DNA of 64,000 nt from the human T2T-CHM13v2.0 reference genome, Homo sapiens. Made by a program: the position numbers and the translations under genes. Within the stretch, counting starts at the first letter, position 1. Each line of letters begins with the position of its first letter. Shown in pieces: positions 1 to 12,051 of this stretch. The notes beneath the pieces are model-generated. The model saw nothing but the letters and a program-made list of their open reading frames with translations, was not told where the DNA came from and made no database searches. The stretch is from the NCBI RefSeq assembly GCF_009914755.1, contig NC_060939.1; one strand, written 5' to 3'.

Positions 1-393
1 GTTTAATTAATGAAAGAAGATAAATAAGTGAAGGGATTCATGAATTAGAAAATTCAGTATATTAAAATGTGAATAGATTTTATGTAATCCCAATAAAAAT
101 TATAAGGTTTCTTTGCAGAAATTGATCCACTGATTCTAAAATTATGTGGAAATGTAAAAGTCTAAGAATAGTCAAAGTAATATTGTGAAGGATTAACATT
201 AAGATATTAAGATGTATTATAAAGCTATTGTAACTAAGACAATGTGGTATTGACACAAGGATAGACAGATCATAGAAGTTAGAAAAGACCAGAAGCAGAC
301 CCACACATATTTGGTAAACTATAACCTTAATTCATATCAAAGGTAACACATTTGCAGTGTAAGGGAAAAGACCTTTTTGGAAAACTGTGCTGT
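1..393 (+). mobile_element. Ancient L1 (L1M) ORF2 3'-region fragment; appears to resume at ~1866-1950
   Basis: Degenerate match to L1 ORF2 (ctgattctaaaatt..., tattataaagctattgtaactaagacaatgtggtattgacacaaggatagacag). Confidence 0.7.
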
Positions 394-396
394 ATT

Positions 397-1703
397 CCTC
401 ACCGGAATAGACACCTACTCCAGGTATAAGTTTGCCTATCCTGCACACAGTGCTTCTGCCAAGACTATCATCGTGGACTAACAGAATGCCTTATCCACCA
501 TCATGGTATTCCACACAGCATTGCCTCTGAAGGCACTCACTTTACAGCTAAAGAAGTGCAGCAGTGGACTCATGCTCCTGGAATTCACTGGTTTTACCAT
601 GTTCCCTATCATCCTGAAGCAGCTGGATTGATAGAATGGTGGAATGGCCATTTGAAGTCACAATTAGCTGACTACACAACTAGCCAACTAGCTGACAACA
701 CTTTGCAGGGCTGGGGCAAAATTCTCCAGAAGGCTGTGTATGCCCTGAATCAGCATCCAATATATGGTACTGTTTCTCCCATTGCAAGGATTCACGGTCC
801 AGGAATCAAGGGTGGAAGTGAAAGTGGCACCACTCACCATCACCCCTAGTGACCCACTAGCAAAATTCTTGCTTCCTGTTGCCCCGACATTACGTTCTGC
901 TGGCCTAGGGATCTTAGTTCTAGAGGGAGGAATGCTGCCACTAGGAGACATAACAATTCCATTAAACTGGATGTTAACATTGCCACCTGGACACTTTGGG
1001 ATCCCCCACCTCTAAGTCTACAGGCTAAGAAGGGAGTTACAATGTTGGCTGGGGTGATTGACCTGGACTATCAAGATGAAATCAGTCTACTACTCCACAA
1101 TGAAAGTAAGGAAGAATGTGTGGAATACAGGAGATCCCTTAGGGTGTCTCTTAGTATTATCATGCCCTGTGATTAAGGTCAATGGGAAACTACAACGACC
1201 CAATCCAGGCAGGAATACAAATAGCCCAGACCCTTCAGGAATGATGGTTTGGGTCACTCCACCAGGTGAAAAACCATGACCCGCTAAGGTGCTTGTTGAA
1301 AGCAAAAGGAATACAGAATGGATAGTTGAAGAAGGTAGTCATCAATACCAGCTACGACCACTTGACCAGTTGCAGAAACGAGAACTGTAATTGTCATTGG
1401 TATTTGGATTTCCTCCTTATTTTGTTAAGAACTTGTTTGTGCATGTATACACTTGTACTAAGAAAACATCTTCGTTTTCTTTTTCCTTTATCCTGTTACA
1501 CAAGATTTATTGACTTCATATCAGCATGTAAGTGTTGTTAGCTTTATGTAATAGCATTTAGGTTAAGGATTAGTGCACTTCCAGTTGTACAAAGGATAGC
1601 TGTATTATGTTAGGTGTAATTCTACCTTTATTATTGTCTTTTATTGAAGAATATGGATGATTTCAGGAGATGTGTATGGGTTCAAGTTGACAAGAGGTGG
1701 GCT
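397..1703 (+). mobile_element. HERV-L/ERV-L internal 3' fragment (decayed integrase core, dUTPase-like region, 3' UTR, PPT)
   Basis: ORF 556-849 QQWTHAPGIHWFYHVPYHPEAAGLIEWWNGHLKSQL resembles ERV-L integrase; ORF 764-1015 LEGGMLPLGDITIPLNWMLTLPPGHFG resembles ERV-L dUTPase; ends caagttgacaagaggtgggct just before the LTR. Confidence 0.92.
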
Positions 1704-1865
1704 TGTGATGGTTAAGTGTCAACTTGATTGGACTGAAGAATGCAAAGTATTGTTCCTGGGTGTGTCTGTGAGGGTGTTGCCAAAGGAGTTTAACATTTGA
1801 GTCAGTGGACTGGGAGAGGCAGACACACCCTCAATCAGGGTGGGCACCATCTAATCCACTGGCAG
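1704..1865 (+). mobile_element. MLT2 (HERV-L) 3' LTR, first ~160 bp only
   Basis: TGTGATGGTTAA...gtgtcaacttgattgg...gggtgttgccaaaggag...gagtcagtggactgggagaggcagac matches the MLT2A/B start. Confidence 0.9.
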
Positions 1866-2920
1866 TATGTATACATGAAAAGAATGATCAAATTACCTCT
1901 TTTACATTTTAAACGTATATCCAAAAATCAAACAAACATTTAGATTCTCTAAGGGTTGAGGGCCATTTAAAACAACCCAGTGCAGAAAGTTCTTCATGTT
2001 TTTGCATTTGAATATTCAATCCTCATTTTCACACAAGTCATTCACCATTTTTAGAAGATTCTTATTATCAGGAGTAGTAAAATGACTTCCTGTAACTGAT
2101 TACCTACTGAAGCATTAAAACATTGCTTTACAAAAATAATAACAATAATAATAATAATATAGCTTTACAACAGCAAACTGGCTCATAAAATCTCAGAATC
2201 TGATGTTCCAGAAAGTTTTATTATTTTTACAGGTTATACCTATATTCACTAGTGTGGCACCCTGAAACTGCATCTCTTACATGAGTAATTATTTTTTTTC
2301 TTTTTCTCACAATAAAGCTTGTAGAGCAAAAAGGTATAGGATATTTGAGTATTTGAGGAAGGCTATGTATTTCTTTCTCCCATAGGAAAACAGAGAGGGA
2401 GATATACACACACACACACTTACACATATATTCATATGTTTCTGTGTAATTTCAGATATTTCTAAAAATCAATTCGTAGACTCCAATTAAGAACCCAAGA
2501 ACCTGCGTTTTCAGGAGAAATAGTCAGTTTTCTTCTTGCTGCATTGGAAATCTCCATGTGAAGAATTTATTTTGCTAGGAGCCCAATGTCAGCAGCCTGC
2601 TCAGTGCCAGAATTCAATTAATTAATCAGTCAGTTCAGCTTTTCTCTAGGAAGGTTTTTTATAATATTCTTTATGGCTGAGAAATCCTCAGATTTCAGTT
2701 TTTCATTCCTTTAATTTATTATTATAATACATACAAGTTTCTCTTCTCTACATATTCTCATTATTAGGTCAAAATAACTGGTTGGAAAGGTAAAAGCAAA
2801 TTAATCATTTGTTTAGCTGCATAGTAAGTAGCTGGCATAACTGACTTAGCATGCATCCACCAGATAATTTATGATTTAAATAGTTTTAAATCCCTGACGC
2901 GTTTATGTTTGGTTGGTTGG

Positions 2921-3180
2921 TTGAGATAGGGTCTTGCTTTATCCCTGAGGCTGTAGTGCAGTGGCAAGATCATGACTCACTGCAGCCTCAAACTCCTGGG
3001 CTCCAGTGATCCTCCCACCTCAGCTTTCCAAATAGTTGGGAATATTGGTGCATGCAACCACACCCGGCTTTTTTTTTTTTTTCTTTTTTTGTAAAAACAA
3101 GTTCTTGTTATGTTGCTCAGGCTTGTCTCAAATTCCTGGCCTCGAAGGATTCTCCCACCTTGGCCTCCCAAAACACTGGT
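2921..3180 (-). mobile_element. AluJ-type SINE
   Basis: Antisense dimeric Alu with J-type features (cactgcagcctcaaactcctgggctc..gtgatcctcccacctcagc). Confidence 0.9.
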
Positions 3181-4289
3181 GGTTCTTTTTCTTTTTAACC
3201 CCCAAAAGGCCTACACAAGCGGGAGAAGTAGTTCAGCAAAGAAAGGTTAACAGGGACAAATGGAACATTATAGGCTCAGTTAAAGGAGAAAGCAGAGGCA
3301 TGGATAATCTGCATTTAATGTGTGCTGCATGTTGGGCTCAGCTCAGGTAGAAATTGGAGGTACTGGACTAGGATACGGTATAAGTGGAAGACAGAGTTAG
3401 ACAGCAATGGCCAGGCATAGGTTCTCTTGTCATGCAGAGAGTCATAAATTTAAGTTTCTTAATTTATAGCAGCATATTTGCTTGTAAGACTTGGGGCCCT
3501 GTTACAAACATGCCATTTTTTTGCCACCATTTATTATGGCCATTTATATTTAAGGCACTTTTAAATCATAGTTTCAGTCAATTAAAAATATTTTGCATCA
3601 TTAACATAGTCTATCTGGGTTTAAGGTTTTGATCTGTGCTCTAATTCTTGATTTTACGTGAACCACTTCAAAAGAGTCATGGTTGCAGGGGTTGCCAGAA
3701 TACTCTCAGGTTTGAGCAATTTTTGAATGATTGATTTTTGAATGAGGAGGTTTTCTGACAGTCTTTTCCCTTGCTTCTTATAAACAGTTATTTGTTCACA
3801 CTGTCCATTTGTATCTAGCATTCACATTGGCTGCTCATGTGAAAGATTTCCAAAATGGTGTCTCATTCATTTTAATAATTAATACCCTTTCCTCCTAACC
3901 CTTATTTTTCATCTAGATTTAGGTTATTCATAGTTTGGTGGGAATATGCATGAATGCAATTCCATGTGTCTTAAAACTTCCCATTCAGTATTAAACTTTG
4001 GTAACTTCATACTTCTCTCCCAATGCCCTGATAAACTATAAAATTGCAACCTTAGTTGATCTGTTTCACCCACTTTCTTTTTCGGCTTCTATTTTCTACT
4101 TTAGAGGCAATAAAACTTTTACATGTTTTATAAGATGCATTTGAAAAGAGAGCAAAACTCAGAGTTCTGGTTGACCTCAAATTTGGACTATGTGGAAATG
4201 ACCAGTTCTCCTTTCTTCAACAGCATTTCCTTAGCATTTGTTACTGGCTTGGAGTTTGGTGAGTACAGTGACCTGGAACCAGAAAAAAT

Positions 4290-4460
4290 AGAGGTTCGAA
4301 TTTAAACTTTGATGCTATGGTACTAACTTACTGTCTTTGGGTGACCCACTTATCATCCTGGAATCCCATTTTCTTCATTTCTAGAGTGGAAATAATAGCA
4401 CCTAAATTATGGGGGTTTTGAATAAAGATTACAAATACTCAACACTGTGTCATGCACATT
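4290..4460 (+). mobile_element. MIR SINE relic
   Basis: ccatttttcttcatttctagagtggaaataatagcacct-like MIR core, highly diverged. Confidence 0.6.
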
Positions 4461-4599
4461 CTGCTCCCTTTTACTGATTTGTAGTACATATATATATATA
4501 TATATGTGTCTGTGTGTATAACATATATTCTTTTAACTATATGTAATAGATATATAATTATATATACTGTCTCCAGTTATAGATATACACATAGAGAGA

Positions 4600-4740
4600 G
4601 AAAACTATACAAGTCATAATTGTGCACCCTAATAAATTTTCATAGATTGAATGGTCTCCTGAAACTAGCACCTAGATCAAGAAACTTAACTTTACCAGCA
4701 CCCCAGAAGCCACTCCTATGTTTCCTTGCAAGTTACTACC
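4600..4740 (-). mobile_element. Ancient L1ME-like 3' end fragment
   Basis: cacctagatcaagaaac...accagcaccccagaagcc is typical of antisense L1ME 3' UTR. Confidence 0.6.
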
Positions 4741-5094
4741 TGCTATGATCTGTTTGTGTCCCCCAAATTCATATGCTGAAATTCTAACACCCAAGGTGAT
4801 GGTACTAGGAGGTGGAGTCTTCAAGAAGTAATTAGGTTATGGGAGTGGAATCCTTATGAATGGAATTAGATCCTTTATGAAAGAGGTCTGAGAGAGACCC
4901 CTTAATCCTACCACAACATGAGGTTAGACTGAGAAGGCAGCTTTCTAAGAGGAAGAAAGCCCTTACCAGATACCTCATCTGCTGGTGCCTTGATCTTAGA
5001 CTCCCCAGCCTCCAAAACTGTGAGAAATAACTTTGTTATTTGTAAGCCACCCAGTCGATTTTATTTCTTCTAGCTCCCTAAATGGACTAAGACA
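4741..5094 (+). mobile_element. MLT1A-type MaLR solo LTR
   Basis: TGCTATG...tgtgtcccccaaattcatatg start and aatggactaagaCA end; 5-bp TSD ctacc/ctaac. Confidence 0.88.
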
Positions 5095-5115
5095 CTAACC
5101 CTTCAAAGGTAATAT

Positions 5116-5350
5116 CAGAGATTCTTAAACCTGGCACTGTGGACGTCTTGGGCCAGGCAATTCTTTGTTGTGGAGTAATGGGACACACAATGTTGTAGAG
5201 ATGTTTACCAGCATCCCTGGTCTCTACCAACTAGACACCAGTAGTACCCTCTCCACCAAATCATGACAATAAATAAAGTCTCTAGATATTGCTGAATATT
5301 CCCTGGGGTTAACGGGGTAGTAGGTAAAGTTGCCCCCAGTGAAGAATACT
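5116..5350 (+). mobile_element. MER20 hAT-Charlie DNA transposon
   Basis: ctggcactgtggacgtcttgggccaggcaattctttgttgtgg...ccagcatccctggtctctaccaactagacaccagtag. Confidence 0.85.
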
Positions 5351-5735
5351 AGTATATACTGTTCTTTATGCAACTAGAACCTAAAAGCCAAAGGGTGTCC
5401 CCTATGTGACTATCACATAGTCTTATCCGTCTTCTCTCCTCTTTGGTGACTTACCAGCAGTAGCTGCTGTTGAGAGCAACTTCTGAGTACAATCTACTAC
5501 CAAGTGGGTTCATTGCCCAGTAGTTCGGAAATCCAGGTCATCCCTGGACCTGGAGATGCAAATATCTTGCTTCTCATACCATTTTTCCCTAGCTTTTATT
5601 ATCCCCTACTAGTGGAAGTACAAATTGGTTCACACACTGTCAAAAACTATTGGCAGTACATCTCCAGTTTGTTTTGAATAATTATTTCTGTCTAGCCTTT
5701 TCTGAAAAAAGATTTGAAGTAACTTGCAACCCACA

Positions 5736-8047
5736 TGATACGGTTTGGCTCTGTGTCCCCACCCAAATCTCATCTTGAATTGTACTCTCATAATTCCCAC
5801 ATGCTGTGGGAAGGACCTGGTGGGAGATAATTGAACTCATAGGAACAGTTCCCCCATACTGTTCTCATGGTAGTGAATAAGTCTCATGAGATCTGATGGT
5901 TTCATCAGTGGTTTCCACTTTTGCATCTTCCTCATTCTCTCTTTGCCTGCTGCCATCCATGTAAGACGTGACTTGTTCCTCCTTGCCTTCCACCATGATT
6001 TTGAGGTTTCCCCATCCATGTGGAACTGTAAGTCCAATTAAGCCTTTCTTTGTAAATTGCTCAGTCTAAGGTCTGTCTTTATCAGCAGTGTGAAAATGGA
6101 CTTATAAGTCAATTGGTACCAACAGAGTGGGGCACTGCTGAAAAGATACCTGGAAATGTGGAAACAACTTTGGAAATGGGTAACAGGCAGAGGCTGGAAC
6201 AGTTTGAAGGGCTTAGAAGAACACAGGAAAATGTGGGAAAGTTTGGAACTTCCTGGAGACTTGTTGAATGGCTTTGACCAAAAGCCTGATAGCAATATGG
6301 ACAATGAAGTCGGGGCTGAGGTGGTCTCACATGGAGATGAGGAACTTGTTAGGAACTGGAGCAAAGGTGACTCTTATTATGTTTTAGCAAAGAGACTGGC
6401 AGCATTTTACCCCTGTCCTAGGGATCTGTGGAACTTTGAACTTGAGAGAGATGATTTAGGGTATTTGGCGGAAGAAATTTCTAAGCAGCAAAGCATTCAA
6501 GATGTGACTTGCGTGCTGTTAAAGGTATTCAGTTCTATAAGAGAAGCAGAGCATAGAAGTTTGGAAAATTTGCAGCCTGACAACGTGATGGAAAAGAAAA
6601 ACCCATTCTCTGAGGAGAAATTCAAGGGGCTGCAGAAATTTGCGTAAGTAACCAGGAGCCAAATATTAATCCCCAAGACAATGGGGAAAATGTCTCCAGG
6701 GCATGTCAGAGGTCTTCACAGCAGCCCCTCCCATCACAGGCCTGGAGGCCTAGGAGAAAATGGTTTCCTCGGCAGGGCCCAGGGTCCTTGTGCTGTGTGC
6801 AGTCTAGTGACTTGGTGCCCTGCATCCCAGTCACTCCAGCCATGACTAAAAGGGGCCAAGGTACAGCTTGGGCTGTTGCTTCAGAGGGTGGAAGCCCCAA
6901 GCCTTGGCAGCATCCATGTGGTGTTGAGCCTGTGGGTGCACAGAAGGCAAGAACTGAGGTTTGGGAACCTCGGCCTAGGCTTCAGAAGATATGTGGAAAC
7001 AGCCAGATGCCCAGGTAGAAGTTTGCTGCAGGGGCAGCGCCCTCATGGAGAATCTCTGCTAGGGCAGTGTGGAAGGGAAATGTGGGGTCAGAGCCTTCCC
7101 ACAGAGTCCCTACTGGGGCACCACCTAGTGGAGCTGTGAGAAGACGGCCATTGTCCGCCAGACCCCAGAATGGTAGATCCATCAACAGCTTGCACCACGT
7201 GCCTGGAAAAACCACAGACACTCAATGCCAGCCTGTGAAAGCAGCCAGGAGGTGGGCTGTACCCTGCAAAGCCACAAGGGTGGAGCTGCCCAAGACCATG
7301 GGAACCCACCTCTTGCATCAGTGTGACCCGGATGTGAGACATGGAGTCAAAGGAAATCATTTTGGAGCTTTAAGCTTTGAGTGCCCCACTGGATTTTGGA
7401 CTTGCATGGGACCTGTAGCCCCTTTGTTTTGGCCAAGTCTCCCATTTGGAATGGCTGTACTTATTCAAGGTCACTACCCTTATTGTATCTAGGAAGTAAC
7501 TAATTTTCTTTGGATTTTACAGGCTCATAGGCAGAAGGCTCATTTGCCTTGTCTCAAATGAGACTGGACTGTGGACTTCTGAGTTAACGCTGAAATGGGT
7601 TAAGACTTTGGGGGACTGATGGGAAGGCATAATTGGTTTTGAAAGGTGAGGACATGAGATTTGCCAGGGGCCGGGGCAGAATTATATGGTTTGACTCTGT
7701 GTGCCCACCCAAATCTCTACTTAAATTGTACTCCCATAATTCCATGTGGTGGGAGAGACCGGGTGGGAGACATTTGAATCATGGGAGCAGTTCCCCCATA
7801 CTGTTCTCAGAGTAGTTAAGTCTCATGAGATCTGATGATTTTATCAGGAGTTTCCACTTTTGCATCTTCCTCATTCTCTCTTTGCCTGCTGCCATCCATG
7901 TAAGACATGACTTGTTCCTCCTTGTCTTCCACCATGATTGTGAGGCTTTCCCAGCCACATGGAACTGCACATCCAATTAAACCTTTCTTTGTAAATTGCC
8001 CAGTCTAAGGTATGTCTTTATCAGCAGCATGAAAATAGACTAATACA
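5736..8047 (+). mobile_element. Full-length THE1 (THE1A-like) MaLR provirus: 5' LTR 5736-6107, internal 6108-7681, 3' LTR 7682-8047
   Basis: Two direct ~370-bp THE1 LTRs, THE1-int between them, purine-rich PPT before the 3' LTR, perfect 5-bp TSD CCACA (5731-5735, 8048-8052). Confidence 0.97.
6156..7492 (+). pseudogene. Disrupted THE1-int (MaLR) ORF remnants
   Basis: ORFs 6156-6647 (GRGWNSLKGLEEHRKMWESLELP...DLWNFELERDDLGYLAEEISKQQSIQ), 6788-7018 and 7067-7492 are pieces of the MaLR internal ORF broken by stops/frameshifts. Confidence 0.8.
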
Positions 8048-8199
8048 CCACATTAATATATTAACAATTCTGAACATATCAGTGGCAGATGCAGTTGAAA
8101 ATAAGATGTATTATTTCCTTGATCTGTACAAGTTGAGTTCAGAATTATTGTTTTTTAATAAATGTTCTTGCTTATAATTTGTTTTAATCTGATTCCAAA

Positions 8200-9880
8200 T
8201 AAGTTATAAATTCACATATTGTGATTGGTGATGTGTCTCTAAAGTCTCTTTTAAGCTATTATATTTACACTCTTTTTTCTTGCACTTTTAAAAGAGAAAC
8301 ATTTTTTTTTTGTCCTGTAGTGCTTTTGACCATCTTCATTTTGCTGATTTTATCCCTCGTGGTGTTGTTTAATGTTTTCTTTTGTCTTATTTTCTGTAAA
8401 TTGGTAGTTGAAAAGAGGTAGCCTTAGACACAGATTGGATACTTTGTAAATACTATTTCATAAGTGCTGGTGTATCCTACATCAAGAGGCATATAATGTC
8501 AATAATTATTAAAGCCTAGATTATTAATTCATTGGTATTACAATATAAAAATATTTTAAATCTAGTATTTCTCTTGTATTTATTATTGTAAACTTCAAAA
8601 AATGGAATATCCCATTCTACTACTTGGCTACATAATGATAAAAATTTTATGGGTATCCAAGATTATATCCTTTTATTTATCAATTTCTAAAATAATAATT
8701 TGTTCAATGGTATCTAAAGTTGATCAACTAGATTTCTATCTCATTATGAACACAGAAACTTTTAAAAATATATAGTAAGGTACACCATATATTTTGATAT
8801 ACTTATCTTGAATATATAAATTGATTATTATAGTCTAGTAAATTAGCATAAGCATTGTCTCATATGGTTACCTTTTTTTTCTTCCCTTTGTGGCAAGAGT
8901 GCCTAAAATCTATTCTCTTGGCAAATTATAGATATACAATACAATATTTTTAACCATAATCCTAATGCTATACATTAGATCTCTAGCCTTATGCATCCCA
9001 TACAACTGCAACTTTTTACCCTTTGACTGACATCTTCCTTTTCCCCTCTCCCTACCCTCTAGCCCCTGGAAACAATGGCTCTACTCTGTTTCTATGTATT
9101 CAATTTTTTTAAAGATTCCACATGCATATGATTTATTTCTGTGTCTGAATACTTTCATTTAACATAGTGTCCTTTTGATCCATCCCTGTTGTTGCAAATG
9201 GTGGTATCTCCTTTTTTTTTTTTTTTTTTTTTTACAGCCAAATAATATTCCACTGTGTATATATACCACAATTTCTTTCTCCACTCACCCACTGATGGAC
9301 ACTTCAGTTGTTTCCATATCTTGGCTAATGTGCATAATGCTGCAATGAGCATGGGAGTACAGATATGTTGACAAAGGGGTGATTTCATTTCCTTTGGAAA
9401 CATACCTGAAGGGGAATTGCTAAGTTTTGTGGTAGCTCTATTTTTAATTTCTTTAGGAAACTCCATACTGTCTTTCATAATGGCTGCACAGTCTACATTC
9501 CTACTAACAGTATAAAAGGGGATTTAAACAATTTTACATTTCAAATTACTGCCATTGTTATAATTATATATATAATTTGTTTTAATCCTTGGTCAATGGA
9601 GATCTTTTGAAGTTGGCTTCTGATTCCTTTTGACATAATCTTAGCAGTTTTTAACAGTTTCTTTGATATCTGACATAAAGTGTTCCAAAATTTATCTTGC
9701 ACATATTTTATTGCAGACCTAGAATCAGCCATTGCTTCCAAGGGCCCTGGTTCCTTTTAATGGGAAATTGTATTTCTAGACCACAATATGGGTGCTAGGA
9801 GTTCTCAACATTGCTTATCTTGTCATTGTTTCCATCTCTTTTCAATAGACAGAAGTAGGCAGTATGTTTTGTATGTTCTG
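8200..9880 (-). mobile_element. Old L1MC-like 3' region interrupted by an L1MA-type 3' end (~8758-9520)
   Basis: Antisense L1 3' UTR/ORF2 end (ORF 9155-9478 CTPMLIAALCTLAKIWKQLKCPS); L1MC-like agaatcagccattgcttccaagggccctggttcctttt at ~9720. Confidence 0.8.
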
Positions 9881-9935
9881 GACAGCAGTCCATAGTAGTA
9901 TTCAGAGTCCTTCTGTTTAGTAGTTGTAGATGTAC

Positions 9936-10519
9936 TGATATGTTTTGGTTGTGTCCCCACCCAAATCTCATCTTGAATTGTAGCTCCCATAATTCTCATG
10001 TGTCATGGGAGGGACCTGGTGGGAGGTAAGTGAATCATGGGGTGGGTTTATCCTATGCTGTTCTTGTGATAGTGAATAAGTCTCATGAGATCTGATGGTT
10101 TTATAAAGGGAAGTTCTCCACTTGGACACAGGAAGGGGAACATCACACCCCGGGGCCTGTTGTGGGGTGGGGGGAGGGGGGAGAGATAGTATTAGGAGAT
10201 ATACCTAATGTAAATGACAAGTTAATGGGTGTAGCACACCAGCATGGCACATATATACATATGTAAGAAACCTGCACGTTGTGCACATGTACCCTAAAAC
10301 TTAAAGTATAATAATAATAAAAAAAAGAGAAGTTCTGTACGTGCTCTCTTGCCTGCCACCATGTAAGATGTGACCCTGCTCTTCCTTTGTCTTCTGCCAT
10401 AATTGTGAGGCCTCCCCAACCATGTGGAACTATGAGTCAGTCCATTAAACCACTTTTTTTCTTTATAAATTACCCAGTCTTGGGTGTGTCTTTATTAGCA
10501 GTGTGAGAACAGACTAACG
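9936..10519 (+). mobile_element. THE1B solo LTR split by an L1PA insertion
   Basis: TGATATG...ccccacccaaatctcatcttgaattgtagctccc start, gagaacagactaa end, perfect TSD TGTAC (9931-9935, 10520-10524). Confidence 0.95.
10119..10323 (+). mobile_element. 5'-truncated primate L1PA 3' end (~200 bp)
   Basis: cacttggacacaggaaggggaacatcacac...G-rich tract...ctgcacgttgtgcacatgtaccctaaaacttaaagtataat + A tail; TSD aaagggaagttct/aaagagaagttct. Confidence 0.96.
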
Positions 10520-10524
10520 TGTAC

Positions 10525-11870
10525 CAAGTAGTAGATATTTGGTTCTTTCTATTGTTTTACAAATGACCCTAAAATGAATTATTTTGCATATATACCTTTT
10601 TTTAATAATTTTACTAGTAGTTCCTTCGGGTAGATTCCTAAAGGTTGGATTTTTTGGTCAACAGATAAATATATGACAGTCTGCTAGATGTCATTAAAGT
10701 TTTCTTCATACAGCTTTTATAAGTTTGCATTTTGACCAGCTATTTTTGAGAATGTCTATTTTCCCTAGCTTTACCAACCTAGTAGGTTAATGAACTTTTG
10801 GATTTTTTCCAACACGATTGGCAAGAAACTGTGCTTTTGTAGAGCTTTAATTTGTAGTTTCCTTATTATGAGAGAGTGAATGATTTTTGTATGTAAAAAT
10901 ACCTGGGTATTTCTTTTTCTATGAATTGTCTATCCATTTCTCTAGTCCATTTTTTTTATATAGGCATTCTGGTATTTTCTATATTTTTAGAAACTAATTA
11001 TATAAGAATATTAACCCTATGTGATATAAGCTGTAAATATTTTTCAAACTTCATTATTTTTAAACTCTAATAACTGTGCCCCTTGTAAAAAAATGTGTTT
11101 TTGTTTTAATTTGTATATTTCTTTTTCTATAAAATTATTTTATCTATAGTTTTCCATCTTGCTACTCAATTTTAATTCATTAAGAAGGAAATTTTCATCA
11201 TTCATAGGTCATAGAAGAACCTATGTTGTCTATTTATTTTGTTTTGCTCTAATACTTGATATTCATTTACATCTTTAAATTTCTCCTTTGTTTTCTTCTG
11301 TCATGAAGGTTTCTGTCAAAGTCTCATTTTGGTCTTATTTTCTATTACTTAAGTGACCTATTATTTTACCTCAGAAGTCCAGTAACTACTGGAAAATGTC
11401 TCCATGTTGATCTTTTTAACTCTTCCAGGTACACAGTGTGTCCTTTCAAAATGTAGTTTCAAGTCAATATACAGGATCTGCTGAGTATATTCTAGGAGTA
11501 GAATTGCTGAGTCATAGGACACACACACATTCAAACTTTAGTAGAAACATCTAAACAGTTTTCCAAAGTGGTTATACCTATTTGCATTTCAGCCAGCATG
11601 ATGTGAGAGTTCTGACGGCTCCCCATCCTCCCCATCACTTGATATCTCCATTCGTTATATTTTAACCCTTTGGATACCTGTGCAGTAGTACTTCACTGTG
11701 GTTTTAATTTGCCTTTTCCTGATGGCTACAAGAGTTGGGAACTTTTTCCTATTTCCTGACCATTACGATACTCTTTTTTTGTGGAGTATTTATTCAACTA
11801 TTTTGCCATTTTCTTCCCTAAGTGAATCATACTGGTTTCCTTTCATTAACTTGTAGAACTTCTTTACATA
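10525..11870 (-). mobile_element. Multiple ancient L1M fragments (ORF2 end/3' UTR)
   Basis: Antisense L1 motifs, e.g. ctaggagtagaattgctgagtcatagg, ttttccaaagtggttatacc, gtggttttaatttgccttttcctgatg. Confidence 0.75.
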
Positions 11871-11924
11871 TAACGCACACATGAATCAAGGTGTTAGACG
11901 ATTCAAGAGGGAGGTTTTGAGGTC

Positions 11925-12051
11925 TCTTTGTAAAGGTACTAAAGACTGTCCCTAATGACCTAACTGCCTCCCAAAGGCCCTAACACCAAATACCAAATAG
12001 GGGTTAGGTTTCAACATATGAATTCTGGAGGGACACATTCAGTTTATATCA
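11925..12051 (-). mobile_element. MaLR (MLT1A/MST-like) LTR fragment
   Basis: cctaatgacctaactgcctcccaaaggccc...ggggttaggtttcaacatatgaattctggagggacacattcag. Confidence 0.75.

Noticed and set aside
556-1279. Integrase/dUTPase ORFs as a functional or domesticated gene
   Set aside because: Split across frames by frameshifts and stops, N-terminal part absent; ordinary HERV-L decay
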